A stretch of 64,000 nt of DNA from Rhizodiscina lignyota (GCA_010015805.1 ML978123.1:62001-126000), one strand, 5' to 3'; shown: positions 49,116 through 61,720, counted from the first letter of the stretch. Numbers and translations are program-made. Notes: generated by a model from the letters alone, not told the origin.

Positions 49116-50806
49116 CTACCTTCTCTTCAAATACCAATTGAACGCCAATTGATTCAGCCCTTCCGGAAACGGTGTCGGCACCTCAGCCAACCCCGGACGA
49201 ACAACGGCATGCCGCAGATACACCGCAGAGCACACGTTCTGGTTGACTTCAAGGTACCGTGGTATGAATGCAAAGGCAGACATGTACGGTCTCGGGCGCC
49301 ACGGTTGTCCCTTCAATGGATTGAACAATGGTTCCACATCCTCTGCTTCTGGAGCTGCGTCCTCTGACTCGTACGGATTTGGCTGGTCATATTCCTTTGG
49401 ATATTCGTACTCTGCCCACTGCTTGACATCAGCCATATCGGCCTTGTATTTGCGTGCAATGGCAGCCACACGATCCTCAACCGCGCCGGCATAGTCTGGA
49501 CGCGCGAGACCAGGGGTATCGAGCATGATGCCGGCGAGCGCCCAGAGTTTGCGCAGCCTATAGCGGTCCTTGTGTTCGACGTCGTGACGGCGCCAGTATT
49601 CAACAAGGTACTGGATTTGAGATCGGAGGTCCGTAAGGAGAGATGTGGAACTTGCGATTTGTGTTTCGGTAAACTCTGGCGTTGACAAGTCGTCAGAGGC
49701 TCCTGTGGCACTCGTGGCAGTATCGGAAAGATTCGCAGAATTTGCCTCGGTGAAGCGCTGCTGTGCGGCAGCGACATCTTCGGCAGAGAACTGCTTCTTC
49801 GACATCATTTTTGGAATGTCGGTCCGCAAGGCGCGAAGAAGTTGCTTCTGCTTGTTCGACAGATCTGGCTTCTTCTCATCTAGAACAGCCATGATCTCCT
49901 TTCGCAAGTCTTTGAGAGTCTTTTTCGCGGCACGTTCTTCTTCGCTCAGGCCATCTTCAGACGCAGCGGCCTCTTCTTCTGCATCGGCTTCCGCTTCAGC
50001 AGCTGCTTGATCTGCGCTAGCCTCTTCTGCTTGTGTGGCTTTGCTGAACTCGGTCCTGATGTCTTTCAGGAGCTCTTGTGCCTTTTCGTATATCTTCTTC
50101 GTTCTTTCTTGCGTTCCCAAGTAGAATTTTGTCGCCCCAGTTGCTTGCATCACCCATTTTGGCGTGACCGAAAACATGTCGCCAGGGTTGAGATTGTAGC
50201 TTGGATGCCGCATCTGCACGGTGGAAGTCGGAATTAGTAAGAACACTTCTAATTAAGAGATACGGCACTCACTTCTTTGCCATTGACTCTGACGTGACCC
50301 TGTGTGCATAGCATCCTCGCCTGTCGAACACTACTTGCAAACAACGCCCTCCATATCGCAGTGTCCAGCCGTCTCTCCAAAGGGTGAAACGCCATCTGCA
50401 TATACGGAGTCCGCTGCTTGGACGGAAGTCTTGTCACAGCATCGGTGTTCACATCCTCACCCTGCCCTCGTCCCATGGCCTGGTCCGCACCGTCCGATTT
50501 GGCCAGATCGCGGTAGTCCATTGGCACGACGGCAGGTATGCTGCGCGAGAAAATGCGGTTCCATTTCTTCTCGCGGATATGCTCGCCGTGGTATCCGCGT
50601 GTGATGCTCTTCGCTGCCCATTTCTGCTGGAAGTACGACGCTCGATCGGTACGAGGCACCGTCAGGCGAGAGAGGTTATAGAGGGTCCATTTGCTCCAGT
50701 CCTGCCTTACTTTCTGGCAATTGTCAGTGTTGAGCTCTTTCAATTATACAAATGGACTTACAGGTCGCTTCAGCGCCTTTATTTGCGCTCTCGCCTTTCT
50801 CCTCAT
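49116..50806 (-). CDS. NAM9: Mitochondrial ribosomal protein uS4m
   Basis: [30 protein letters not shown]4 motif [49 protein letters not shown]. Introns 50714-50761 and 50214-50272. Confidence 0.92.
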
Positions 50807-50868
50807 GGTACTTGGGATTCGCGTCTGAAGGTGCGCACGAGCGCAGCTCAAACGTGGAAGTTTTAAGG

Positions 50869-50887
50869 TCGAACCCTAACCCTAACC
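50869..50887. promoter_or_regulatory. Telobox-like (AACCCT)n element in the NAM9/La divergent promoter
   Basis: TCGAACCCTAACCCTAACC about 60 bp upstream of the NAM9 ATG. A regulatory role is inferred from Tbf1/telobox biology. Confidence 0.5.
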
Positions 50888-51175
50888 AGCCTTCCGGAGC
50901 GGAGGCAAAGTTGTGCCGATACTAAATTCTGCGGCGGGGCTGGGCCCTGAAATTTATCTCTTTGCGTCCCCACTCCCAGAACACAACAGCTACAACAACC
51001 TCGAAGCTTCGCGCATTCACCTCGAAGTTTCCTGCAAATTGCGATTGGGCGGAAACTTCAGCTGTCTGCATCCCGCCTCAGACTTGCGCGCATTCACAAA
51101 CCAACCAAAGGCCCGCTTGGAATTGATTGGAACTGAGTATATCACCCTACAAAGTCGCCTTAATCAAAACGGCTT

Positions 51176-52784
51176 ATGACAATGGTCAGAACCAGAAAGT
51201 TCCACAAGAACCAATACTACGCGGACTACTTTAACGTGTACGATTTTTCTGGGGGCCGGACAGCGTTCCCAGTGGGTGTCACAAACCCGGTAGCGGATCT
51301 CAACGTCTTCAAGGAAAGGGAGAAAATGGAGAACGAACGCGAGGCGAAGAAAGCGAGGAAGCTCGCAGAGGACTCTGCTGCCGAAGCCATCATCCAAGGC
51401 TTGTATGCATTTCCTCACACTCTGTTATCTGCTAATACTCCTACGTATAGACTCCAACAAGATGGATGAGACCAACGACGAGATCGAACACGAGTCTATC
51501 AATGACAAGGTGAAGGCGAATGAATCTGGCGATAAGAATGGCGAGGCCAACGGCGAGAAGGGTCATGAGGCTAGTGGTGACAAGGCCAAGTCGAGCGACT
51601 CGGGCAAGAAGGATCAGTCCAATGATGAGAAGGAAGATAAAGTCGAGGCTAGTGATTCAGCTAAGAAAGACGAGTCTAGCGAAGACGAGGCCAAGAAGGG
51701 TGATTCCGGAAAGCGCAAGGCCTCGGATATCGAGGATCACTCCTCCAAGAAGAAGCGCTCGTCTCTTGAGAAGAACACGCGCCCTCCGAGGGAGACGTAC
51801 AAGGAGAACGTCAAGGCAGATTACTCCATTCTCCCAGAAACCGACGACCCGGATGAGATCCGCAAGCAAATCGAGTTCTACTTCTCTGACTCCAATCTCT
51901 ACCAAGACAAGTACCTCTTCGGCCTCGTGAAGGGCAGTGCGAACAGATCGGTGCCGCTCAAGACCATTACCAGCTTCAAGCGCATGCAACGCTTCCAACC
52001 CTACTCCGCTGTCGTCGCCGCCATGAGGGAGAGTGAAACTCTTGATCTCATCGAGAAGACACGCCCTGGTGAAGAGGAGATTGTGCGCAAGGTGCCCATC
52101 GAGGCCATGCACGGCGAGACGCAAGGCGAGTGGTTCAAGTCGTTCGAAGATAGCACCAAGCCTCGCAGCATCTACGCCAAGGGTTTCGGAGAAGAGACCG
52201 CTAAGACGCAGATCGAGATCGAGGAGTTCTTTGCGCGGTACGGTCAAGTCAAGGCGGTTCGCCTGCGTCGCACTGCCCAACGCGTCTTCAAGGGCAGCGT
52301 ATTCGTCGAATTCGACACTCCGGAGACCCAGAAGGAGTTCCTGGAGATGGATGAGAAGCCGAAGTGGCACGGTAAACAGCTGCTGATCATGAGCAAGGAG
52401 CAGTACTGCGCCGACAAGGAGGCCGACATCAAGGCGGGCAAACTCCTGCCGAACCCCTCGTACGAGAAGTATCAGGGCGATGGCAAGGGTGGTAGGGGTC
52501 GTTACGGTGCTCGCAACGGTGGCAAGGATGAGGATGATTGGAAGGGTCGCCGTGACAACTTCCAGAAGAACACTGGGTTTGGCAAGTTCAGGGGCGAAAA
52601 CCGGAGGAACAACGATGGTCGTGGCCCGAGGAAGTGCTTCATCTGCGGTGCAGTAGACCACATCAAGGCAAATTGCCCACAGCTGGAGGGAGCTGACCTG
52701 GGTAACAAGCGGGCACGTGACGAAGATGAGGATGTTGGTGGAGAGGAGCGCACGAAGAAGGCTAAGGCTGATGAAGAGGCCTAA
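51176..52784 (+). CDS. LHP1: La protein homologue (La motif + RRM) with C-terminal CCHC zinc knuckle; 5' end ambiguous
   Basis: La motif IRKQIEFYFSDSNL..DKYL..FKRMQRF, RRM SIYAKGF..FKGSVFVEF, knuckle CFICGAVDHIKANC. Start is in exon 1 (via GC-AG intron 51399-51450) or at ATG 51462. Confidence 0.88.
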
Positions 52785-53280
52785 CTGCTTTCAGTATAGC
52801 TGACTATCAACTATCATCATAAGGCATAGCGCCTAGGCGTTTGGATTCATCAACGGGATAAAAAGCTGTATATTATAGGATGAATCAAAGACCAGAGATC
52901 CAATGGCCTCAATACTCCTTGTCCATACCCTGCTCTAGTGCTGTGCTCTTGTGATCTCATAGGCTCTGATTTACTGGTGCATCATCTTTATCGGGGCAGG
53001 AGCACGCGGAGAGGAGTGAGAGGACATGATATCATTTGAGGATTATATGGCAGTGCCTTCGCGAAGCTTGAGAAAATAAGAACAGAAGAATTTCGAAGTC
53101 TTGCTTATGCCTTTAGATAGGATTTCTGATATATGCAACGGAAGCTCGGCCATTAGTCTTCCTGCTTCGTCCATACCACCGACGTCTGAGATGTGGATGA
53201 TCTGGGGGTGTACGCTAGCATGTTTAACGGACTGGGAGACAACAGAAACAAAAGACCTTCGAAGTCTTTCTTGCAGTTTT

Positions 53281-53690
53281 AGATGAGATGCTGAGTATAA
53301 TGCAACTGAAGCTCGATCGAGACTCCTGTTGTCTGCCTCGAAATTATCTACCAAGCATTAGCAAGCTGGCAACCTCCGCTTCAAGTTTAAAAAAGGATGT
53401 CGAATATGTTGAAGCAAGAGCTCGATCAATAACTAGCTTACTTAGATACTACAGATGTCGGACATAGAAGTAGGCTAAACCACTTTCCTGAAGCGTAAGA
53501 ACGAATGCCGAATACAATGAGATGGAAGTTTAGTCAATGGTTTCGTTCTGCTTGAATACTACCCACTTCCAGCGATAGAAGATTTTCAAACTCTTTCCTA
53601 AACTCAAGAACGGATGCCAACTACAATGAAATGGAAGTTCAATCAACAATCCCACCCTACTTTGATACCATCGTCTCCCTCAACAGGCTA
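53281..53690. repeat. Diverged tandem array, ~108-109-bp unit, at least 4 copies
   Basis: Cores GATGCTGAGTATAATG (53287), GATGTCGAATATGTTG (53396), AATGCCGAATACAATG (53504), GATGCCAACTACAATG (53613), each followed by a GAAGCTCGATC/GAAGTTCAATC-like block. Confidence 0.75.
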
Positions 53691-53691
53691 G

Positions 53692-54366
53692 TTACCATTC
53701 ATTCCGCCCGACACTACGCTCGTACATATCCGGAACCAGGTCTTCAGAATCGTAACCGTCGTAGTCCTCCCAACCTGGTTCCATTTCATACCCGTCGAAC
53801 ATACGAAGCGGTGGCGGATAGCCTCTCGTTCGTCCATAGCCGCCGAAGAGACGACGGTCGCGACGACTCCTGGGGTAGCGGTTGCGCTGGAGCTTTAACG
53901 GGATATGAATCCGGTGCATAGGTCGCATCATAGTCTGGCTCGGATATCCAGGATAGCGGCTCATGCCTGCTCGTCCGTCCCATACATCGCCGTACGGATC
54001 TGGGTGGTCTTCCATGTAGCGGTCCAGTTCCGTACCGGAAGCTCTCCGACCGCCCATCATCCCGCCACGTCGTGGGTCTCCGTACCCGTTGGAATACATC
54101 GTTTCGGCGCGACCCATCGCATACCTGTCCATATACCCGTCAGCGGACCTCATATTCGGTGGAGGGAAGCCCTGGTAATGGTGGTATTGATAGTTGTTCG
54201 GATAGAAGCCCGGCCCATTCATGCCCGTATGGTTCATCAATTGCCGTCGACGCACCTCGTTCGCATCGTAGTGACCACTGATGTACGGAGCGCAGTGGGG
54301 GTACATGGAGGGGTCCATGCAGTAGTTGCCGTAGCCATTGTGAGTGCCGGGCCGGGAGAGCGACAT
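53692..54366 (-). CDS. Hypothetical Gly/Tyr/Met/Arg/Pro-rich low-complexity protein
   Basis: ~224-codon ORF from MSLSRPG with strongly biased composition; no recognisable domain. Confidence 0.55.
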   Translation of the reverse strand: MSLSRPGTHNGYGNYCMDPSMYPHCAPYISGHYDANEVRRRQLMNHTGMNGPGFYPNNYQYHHYQGFPPPNMRSADGYMDRYAMGRAETMYSNGYGDPRRGGMMGGRRASGTELDRYMEDHPDPYGDVWDGRAGMSRYPGYPSQTMMRPMHRIHIPLKLQRNRYPRSRRDRRLFGGYGRTRGYPPPLRMFDGYEMEPGWEDYDGYDSEDLVPDMYERSVGRNEW

Positions 54367-55859
54367 TGGGACAATGAGAGCGGAGGTGGGATATGCTGTA
54401 TAAGGATATTGGTGGCGGTGCTTGCTGCGCTGAATGATGCACACGGCAGTTGAAGATGTGGATGGAGATCCTGCAGTTGATGCAGAGGATCTCAGGAGTC
54501 GTTGGAAGCAGTTGCCAACAGTTGGTGGCAATGTCTGCGTCTACCAGATGCGCTTGTGAACCAAGATATCTCCAAGCGAAATTTTTCCCTGCGGAAGACG
54601 GAAATATCAAGCTAGGTAGAGGTGCTGCTCAGCAAATCGACAACGAAGACGAGGCCAATGACGGTGATTCTTTATCAAGAGAAAGTGCCAAAGTATGTCA
54701 GATACCATACTCACACATTTGTGTGAAGGAAGTATCAGAAAAGAACCATTCGTTGCACAACCGGATGACGGGCAGAGCTGGAATATAAGCCGTCCAACTG
54801 CTGGCTTCTCCAGCCCCAGATCAGCAAACTTGTACCTCCAATGACACCAGTCCGCATCTGCGCTCCATGTTTGATAGGATGATGCAAGAGGCCACTGAGG
54901 AATATGGCATGTACGACAGGGCTCAACGAGAAACTCTAACTGGTCAGAAGACCGGTCCGCCTGCGGAAGGCGGATTGCTGATTCGATAGTATCTAGTTTT
55001 ATGAAGGAAGAGAGTATGGAATACAAAAGATCGCTGTGGAGCATTGGGCTGTCATTGCCTAATATCCTGCGGGAGACCTCATGATCTGACGCTTGCGGCG
55101 GGAGCAAGCAGATACGCAGCCAGAAGCAAACATTCATGATGGACGGCACGCTATCTTCAAGGCTCTAGAGAGTTGTTTGCGGGACATTTGGGAATTGCTA
55201 GAGCATAAGGGGCAACGATTATGCGAGATCCAGAGCAGCTGCACCTCGCAATCGTTCATCGAGCATGCTAAAGGGAGGACAGGAGAATTTGTCATCCCAA
55301 TTTTGAAGTCGAGAGGTTGGAGGTTGGATAGACGAGTTAGAGAGACGAAAGTGTGGATGGCAACAGCGGAAGATCGTATTACACACACCCAGTGAAAGTC
55401 GTGGGGGAGCAAGAGGACGATGATGAGACGTTGGGTGATATCGAGAGACGGCAAAAAGCTGGAAATAACAATTGGACGCCGTTCGTTCGCTCATATCGGA
55501 GTTTGTGAGGAGGTCACGTGCCGGGTACCTCGAAATCTCCATGGCCGGATGCAGCGCAGTTGGCCTGCTAAGAAATACTCTGAGCCCCCGAAGCTTGCAG
55601 CTGCTTAACCACCACACCCGAGCAATCATCAACACCGAACTCTCACACGAGCCAACTATCCCTCTTCCAACCCACGCTCTCCATTTTCGACACCGCTGCA
55701 CGACCACGCCTCTCTCCCGTCACGCCCCTTGTCGTCGCGGTACCACCAAGAGCTCACCGAAACTCGCAGCGCGCCACCTCGCCTTTCGCCCATTCCGAGC
55801 ATCGTGACATTGTAAAAGTCGCGTCCCGAGCCGAATACAGCTCTTTCCCTCATTTGACC

Positions 55860-58800
55860 ATGGCGCCCTCGACGTTCGCTTCAGCAGCAGCGGGTAACAA
55901 CGCACAGTCGCGTACGGACAGCAGTAGTGGGGAGTGGTAAGTCCACCTTTTCCTCCTCTTTTCATCCACCGCCCCGGGCATGCAGTCACCTCAAGGCTGC
56001 GCGCGCACGAGTAGACATTGCAATTACGCTGTTCCAGGAGGATTGAGCGTCCACAAAGACCGCAATACACGTGGAGACACTATTTCTCTCGGTACATCGA
56101 AATTTGTCCGACCTTATATGCGGAAAACAATTTTCGATTCCACGAAAATTAGAGCATGCTGACTTTTAACAACCAGGAACCGTCGCGCGAATGGTGCAAC
56201 ACAGACTTTCCGTCGCCCTTCCCTTGCCACATCAATATCCAACTCGGCTCATCAGCGAGACGGTAGCGGAACGTCGAATGCTGGAGTCTATATCCCTCCG
56301 CACGTGAGCCGGAACGGAGCGTTGGTGGAGGATAGATATTCAAGAGAACAACTCCTCTCCTTGTACAAAGAGCAGAAAGAAAGCACTTCTCTCGCTGATG
56401 GCTTGTCGGAGCTATATGTGGGTGGATGGGAGCCGAACTTTGCAAATGGGACCTCGGCCACAGCATGGGGAAAGCGTGATGACCAGTCAAAAGACACTCA
56501 GCCTGGTGCAGACATCTGCTGGGACCATGACGGCAGCGTATTACCTCTTGGCTTGATGGATATGACTGATGAAGAGAAAGAGGTGAGACTTGGCATGTAT
56601 ATGCGGCAAACCACGCAGCAGGCTGACTAGGTGCATTAGTTGTTCACAACCTCTGTCAACTCGACACTCAAACCTCCTCAACAGTCTACAAATAAGGACG
56701 GAACACCAAGGGAAGGACTATCAATGCGGAAGAGCTCCGTGTCCCAGGCGCAGAACAGCCCTGGTGGATATGGCCTTACCTCGCCCACATCCACAAGGCC
56801 GACTGGCAGACGACGAGAGCCTAGCGACGCGTACCCATTCCCTCGCGACTCGGGCACAAAGCCAGAATCCTCAAAATTCACCCGAGACGATCCTCATGCG
56901 GCAACCCCTCCTCCAGCTCTTCTTCGTAGGCGCACAGATTTCAAGGAGAGCGGTTCAACTCCGGAAACAGAGGAGCGCGACAAAGATAAGAAGGCTGAAG
57001 GGGACTCGAGTGGATTAGTCGGGCTAGGCAATCTAAAGAGGAGCGTTACGATGGGATCTGGTGCAGGACTCAACGGACCTTCATCTCCATGGTCAACAAC
57101 CACTCCAACATCCTCCAGCTTCTCGCCAATGGGAGCTTTCAGCAGCTTCGGTCTTAATTCTGCTCAGACTGGCGAGAAGCGGCCTGGATTTGGAAGTCTG
57201 AGATCGGAGAGCAGGTTTAAAGGCCTAATGTCCAAGGATACACTAGAGCCTAAGGAGTCGGAGGAGAGACCTTCCTTGAGCAAACTTACAGAGCAATCAG
57301 AGGCTGAGACTGGTCAGCGAGGCCCATCATGGATGGAAACACGCGCAAACAGGCCGCTGAGCAATGACACGGATCCTTATCCAGAGGATGACGTACCGAG
57401 CGGTAGTGCGGCTCTTGGTGGAGGCCTGGACACCAGCCCGCCGCGTTCGCGCGGACTGTTTGGCCTTGGAACGCCACAACGTCAGGAGTCAGTCGATGAG
57501 GCAGCTTTCTCAGCCTTTGGTATGACTGCCGATCCAGCAACCCTAAGAGACAATCTGCCTGGTCGTAGTGATTTTGCTCATCAAACCCCACATCGTGCGC
57601 CAGAAGGAGCCATGGAACCAATGAGCCCTACGGATACAAACCCGTACCAGAGCCCTGACCACGACAAACCTGACCATGAAGAGGACGACGCTGACCCTCC
57701 TCCATTCGGAGGCCGGTCCGCAACATTTGGTCTGGACCAGAGCTCTTCAGGCTTACCAGGTCTTGGAGGATTCGGTGCTGCAAGAGGTGGCGGTACAGGT
57801 CCATTCGACGTCAACGCGAGCGACAGAAGTCAGACTTCAAGTACAGGCCCATCAAGACCGTTTGGTGGTCTCTCTGGATTTGGTGGTTTGCCTGGTGGTT
57901 TGCCTGGCCTTGGATCGTCAAGTACGTGGGCGACTCAAGGTGGAATCGGCACGCCAAACCAGGACAAGAGCAGATATGGCGAAGCGTTTGGAGAAAGCAG
58001 CTTGTTTGGCGCTCTTGGCGAAATGCAGTCTCCTGGCCTTGCTGGGCTCGGTAGTGGCGCTGGATTTGGTGCGCTTGGAGGCACTGGAACGCTTGGACGT
58101 GGCAGCAAGATGGGATCTCTCTTCCCGGCCGCGATGCAAGAGCAAATGCGCTCCACCGAAGCTCGTGGTTCAACTGATGAAGGCTCTGTCGACAGTAACG
58201 AACGACCAACTCCGTTTGGTACTTTCGGACGGAACACCTTCGGCACTGCACCTGGAGGCGTTGCGCCAGTACGCGACAGTGAAAGTCCGTTCCGTGGCAA
58301 TCGCGGACTCTTCGACGATTTGCTCGGATCCCGATCGCCATACCTGCCTGGAGAGGGAGGCAAAGCACCTTTCGGTCAACCTCAATCATCCGGACCACTC
58401 CATACACCAACTGTTACGAATGCAGGTCAAGGCGCGATTGGCACGCAACCTGGTGTTGGAACACAGCGCCAAGGCGCTTCAAGCTCCGCATCGAATCAGC
58501 CACCTGCACTGCAGCAGCGTACTATGGTAATGCCAGATCGCATGCGCTGGGTCTACAAAGACCCACAAGGCAATCAACAAGGACCATGGTCTGGTCTGGA
58601 GATGCACGACTGGTACAAGGCGGGTTTCTTCTCCCCTGAACTTCAAGTTAAGAAAGAGGAAGATCCTGAATTCGAGCCTCTTGCTCACCTCATCCGCCGC
58701 ATTGGCAACTCTCGCGAACCGTTCCTTGTTCCTCAGATAGGCATTCCGCATGGCCCGGCTTCGACCCAGCCTGGCAATGCGTGGGCAGCAGGTACCTTGG

Positions 58801-60963
58801 GAGGAGCTAATGTAACAGCAGGATCAGCCCAGCCTCCGTTCGCCAGCAGTTTCCCGAGTTTCGGAACAACATTGACAGCCGAGCAGCAGAACGCTCTCGA
58901 AAGAAGGAAACAGGAAGAGCAGTACCTCATGGCTCGACAGAAGGAGCATCTAGCGCAACAGCAAATGCTTCTCAAGATGCAAATGCAGCAGGGTGGAATG
59001 GCTCCTAATCTCCATCACCATGGCAGTGCCCACAGCCTGCACAGCCAGCCGAGCTTTGGCAGCATGACGAGTCCTGGTGGGTTTCAGGCTTCACCCGCAC
59101 AAGGACCAGTCTCAGCTGGTCAAAGCCTACCAGGTTTCTTCGACAATTCTTTTCGTGGCTCACAGACGTCAGTGGGACCGGATTTGAGCATGCTCAGTAA
59201 TATTCGAGAGGAGGATATGCCTGCATTTATGGAACGACTCAACTTGAGTCGTCAGTCTCAAAGTAGCATCAGCGGTCCCGCCGGATCTTTTCCATTTCAG
59301 CAGCAACAGAACCTCGGTTCGGACCAATTCGCACAAGTAGCAGCTGTTCAAAACGAGCGTGCACGGCTTCAGCGAGAGCAGCAGGAGCATGAGGCTTTTT
59401 TGGGCCGTTCGGGAAACGACCAGCTCGCCGCCCAGGCTAGTGCTGAGCGGCTTCAAGAGTTCCATGACCTGCGCGCCGCTCTCGAGCAAGAAGAACAAGA
59501 CCATCAGCAAATGATGCACGAACAATTTTTGGAGCACCATCAGCAGCAAGAGCTGCATGAGGAATCAGCCTCTCTCCTGTCTTCCGAGACTTCACCCATC
59601 GAAGCTATCGCCAGGGAACCGCATGAGATGTCCCTGACCGAACAAGTTCAGAAGACGCAGTCTGAGAATCAGCAGCGTCAACAAGAGCAGGCAAAGCCTC
59701 AGCTGCCATGGGCAACAAGGATCGACACTGCTACGGCAGTCCAGCCATTCCCCCCTCCGACATCTTCTTCGCCGATGCCCGCACCCATCGCCCAGCGCAA
59801 GCAGAACCTTGCCGACCAACTGACCGCCGACTCTCGCAGCCAGACCCAGACCCCTTCAGTTGACACTCCAAGCGCATCCATCGCACCATGGGCGAAAGAG
59901 ACGACCGAACAGCAGCCCAAGGGGCCGAGTCTGAGGGAGATTCAAGAGGCTGAGGCAAAAAAGGCCGCTGAGCGCGAGGCCATCGAGGCTGCGACTCGCC
60001 GTGCACAAGCTGAGAAGGAACTGCTCGCTGCCACCAGCGTGTCTGCGCCTGCTCCGGGTCTGCCGTCCGGTGCAACCTGGGCTAGTGGTGGTACTCCAAC
60101 GACGCCTTCTGCTGCTGCTCCAAGCGCATGGGCAAAACCTCTTGCGGGCAAGTCTGGTCAAAGTTCGGCCGCACAGGCGAAGAAGACGCTCCAGCAGATT
60201 CAGAAGGAAGAAGAGGCACGTAAACAACGCGCTGCTGCCGCTGCCGCTGCTGCGACGGCCACTGCCACTCAAGTGGCTATGATGGGCCCTGCAGGAAAGA
60301 GGTACGCTGACCTAGCAAGCAAGGCAGCCGCCGTGCCTATTACACCGACCGCTGGCGGTGCGTGGACCACTGTTGGTGCGGGTGGTAAACCTAAAGTTCC
60401 ACCTATTCCTACCGGTCCTGCTGCGCCAGCTGCAGTGAGGAGCGTCAGCGGCCCAGCTGTTCCTTCCATCGTGAAGGCGCCGACTACGGTGAACAAGATC
60501 GGCACGCCGGTTAGAGACAAAGCTAGTGCTTTGGAGGAACTAAGGAAGTGGGCTGTCGGCGAGCTACGCGGCGACATCAAGAGCGGTAGTGGTGAGTTCC
60601 TAATCATCCCTCCTTTCCCTCCACCCTCACATGAACTTTGCTAATACTTTCTTCATAGTCGAGCAATTCGTCACCGACCTCTTCTCGCTCCCCATGGAGA
60701 GCGAGATCCTCGTCGACGCCGTACACCACTCTAGTCAGACGCTCGACTCGCGCCATTTCGTAGAGGAGTTTATCCGCCGCCGCAAACTGGCCGACAAGGG
60801 TATTGTGGATGCGAATCATAGCGCTAGTCCGGGCGCACATGCTGCGGATAGGAAGAGCGCAGGTGGAGAGTGGAGCGAGGTCGCCAAGAAGGGGCCGGCG
60901 AAGCCTGAGGAAGTTAATAATTTTAGGGTTGTGGCGGCGAAGAAGAAGGGTGGGAAGCGTTAA
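55860..60963 (+). CDS. GYF-domain protein (Smy2/GIGYF-like)
   Basis: GYF motif WVYKDPQGNQQGPWSGLEMHDWYKAGFF, SLREIQEAE motif, C-terminal FVEEFIRRRK. Introns 55937-56176, 56583-56639, 60592-60658. Confidence 0.92.
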
Positions 60964-61720
60964 AGCGGGCATACAACCCAAAAAAAAGAGGTGACGCGAG
61001 ATGTGTGGTTTGATGCGAATGGCACGAGAGATTGCGAGCTGCCCTTCTCTCTTCTTCTGATTTCCCAATTGTAATGACTATCAGCACAGCGACTTTCGGA
61101 GGGGTTCTGTACACTCTGCCTGAGTTGAGCGAGCATTCCGTTGCGAGCATAGCATAGCACTTCACTTCACTTGGGACGGGATGACTTTCTTCTGCTTCTT
61201 CTTTTTGGCACGATGCATGCTTTTTGCTTCTTGCATGATCGGCCCTTTTCTTTCTTTTTGGGACTTTGGTAAACACAAAATGGTGAAGCGTTCTTGTTCG
61301 TGTTGTACGATAGGTTCATGTGTACACTGCATGGTATTCTGGTATTTCTCCTGCTCCATGACAACTCCCAGTGCCTCCAGATACTGTGCACGACCAATCT
61401 CGGCTTTCGTGATGGAGATGTCCTCCTCCATCTCATTATCATTTCAGTCTCAATCAAGGCAACCTGTGCCATGTGCAAGTACGACCTCTGCAATGGAAGT
61501 ATACCCTGCCTCCATTCGAAGACTGCCAACGTGGGTGCATCCATACATAACACCATCCATGCGCTTGCGGTGCCCGACATTCTGAACATTGGCGCATTTC
61601 GAATGAGGCCATGATTCTAGTTGAGGTCCAGTAGAGCTCGAGCGATTAAAGTTCGTAGCCTCCCTTCCAGATATCAAACTGAAAATAACGGACAGACTCT
61701 TCGCTTACGCGTTGTGCTGA

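Noticed and set aside
50872..50887. Telomerase RNA template or true telomere
   Set aside because: Under three repeats, inside a ~370-bp gap between genes; too little room for the long Pezizomycotina telomerase RNA, and not at a sequence end.
51657..52661. Long antisense ORFs (also 366-1097, 36705-37502, 41486-42187)
   Set aside because: Shadows of GC3-rich genes on the opposite strand, with no independent motifs.
61162..61677. Small ORFs between the GYF gene and SPC24
   Set aside because: Overlapping short frames on both strands in convergent 3' UTR space, with no motif support.
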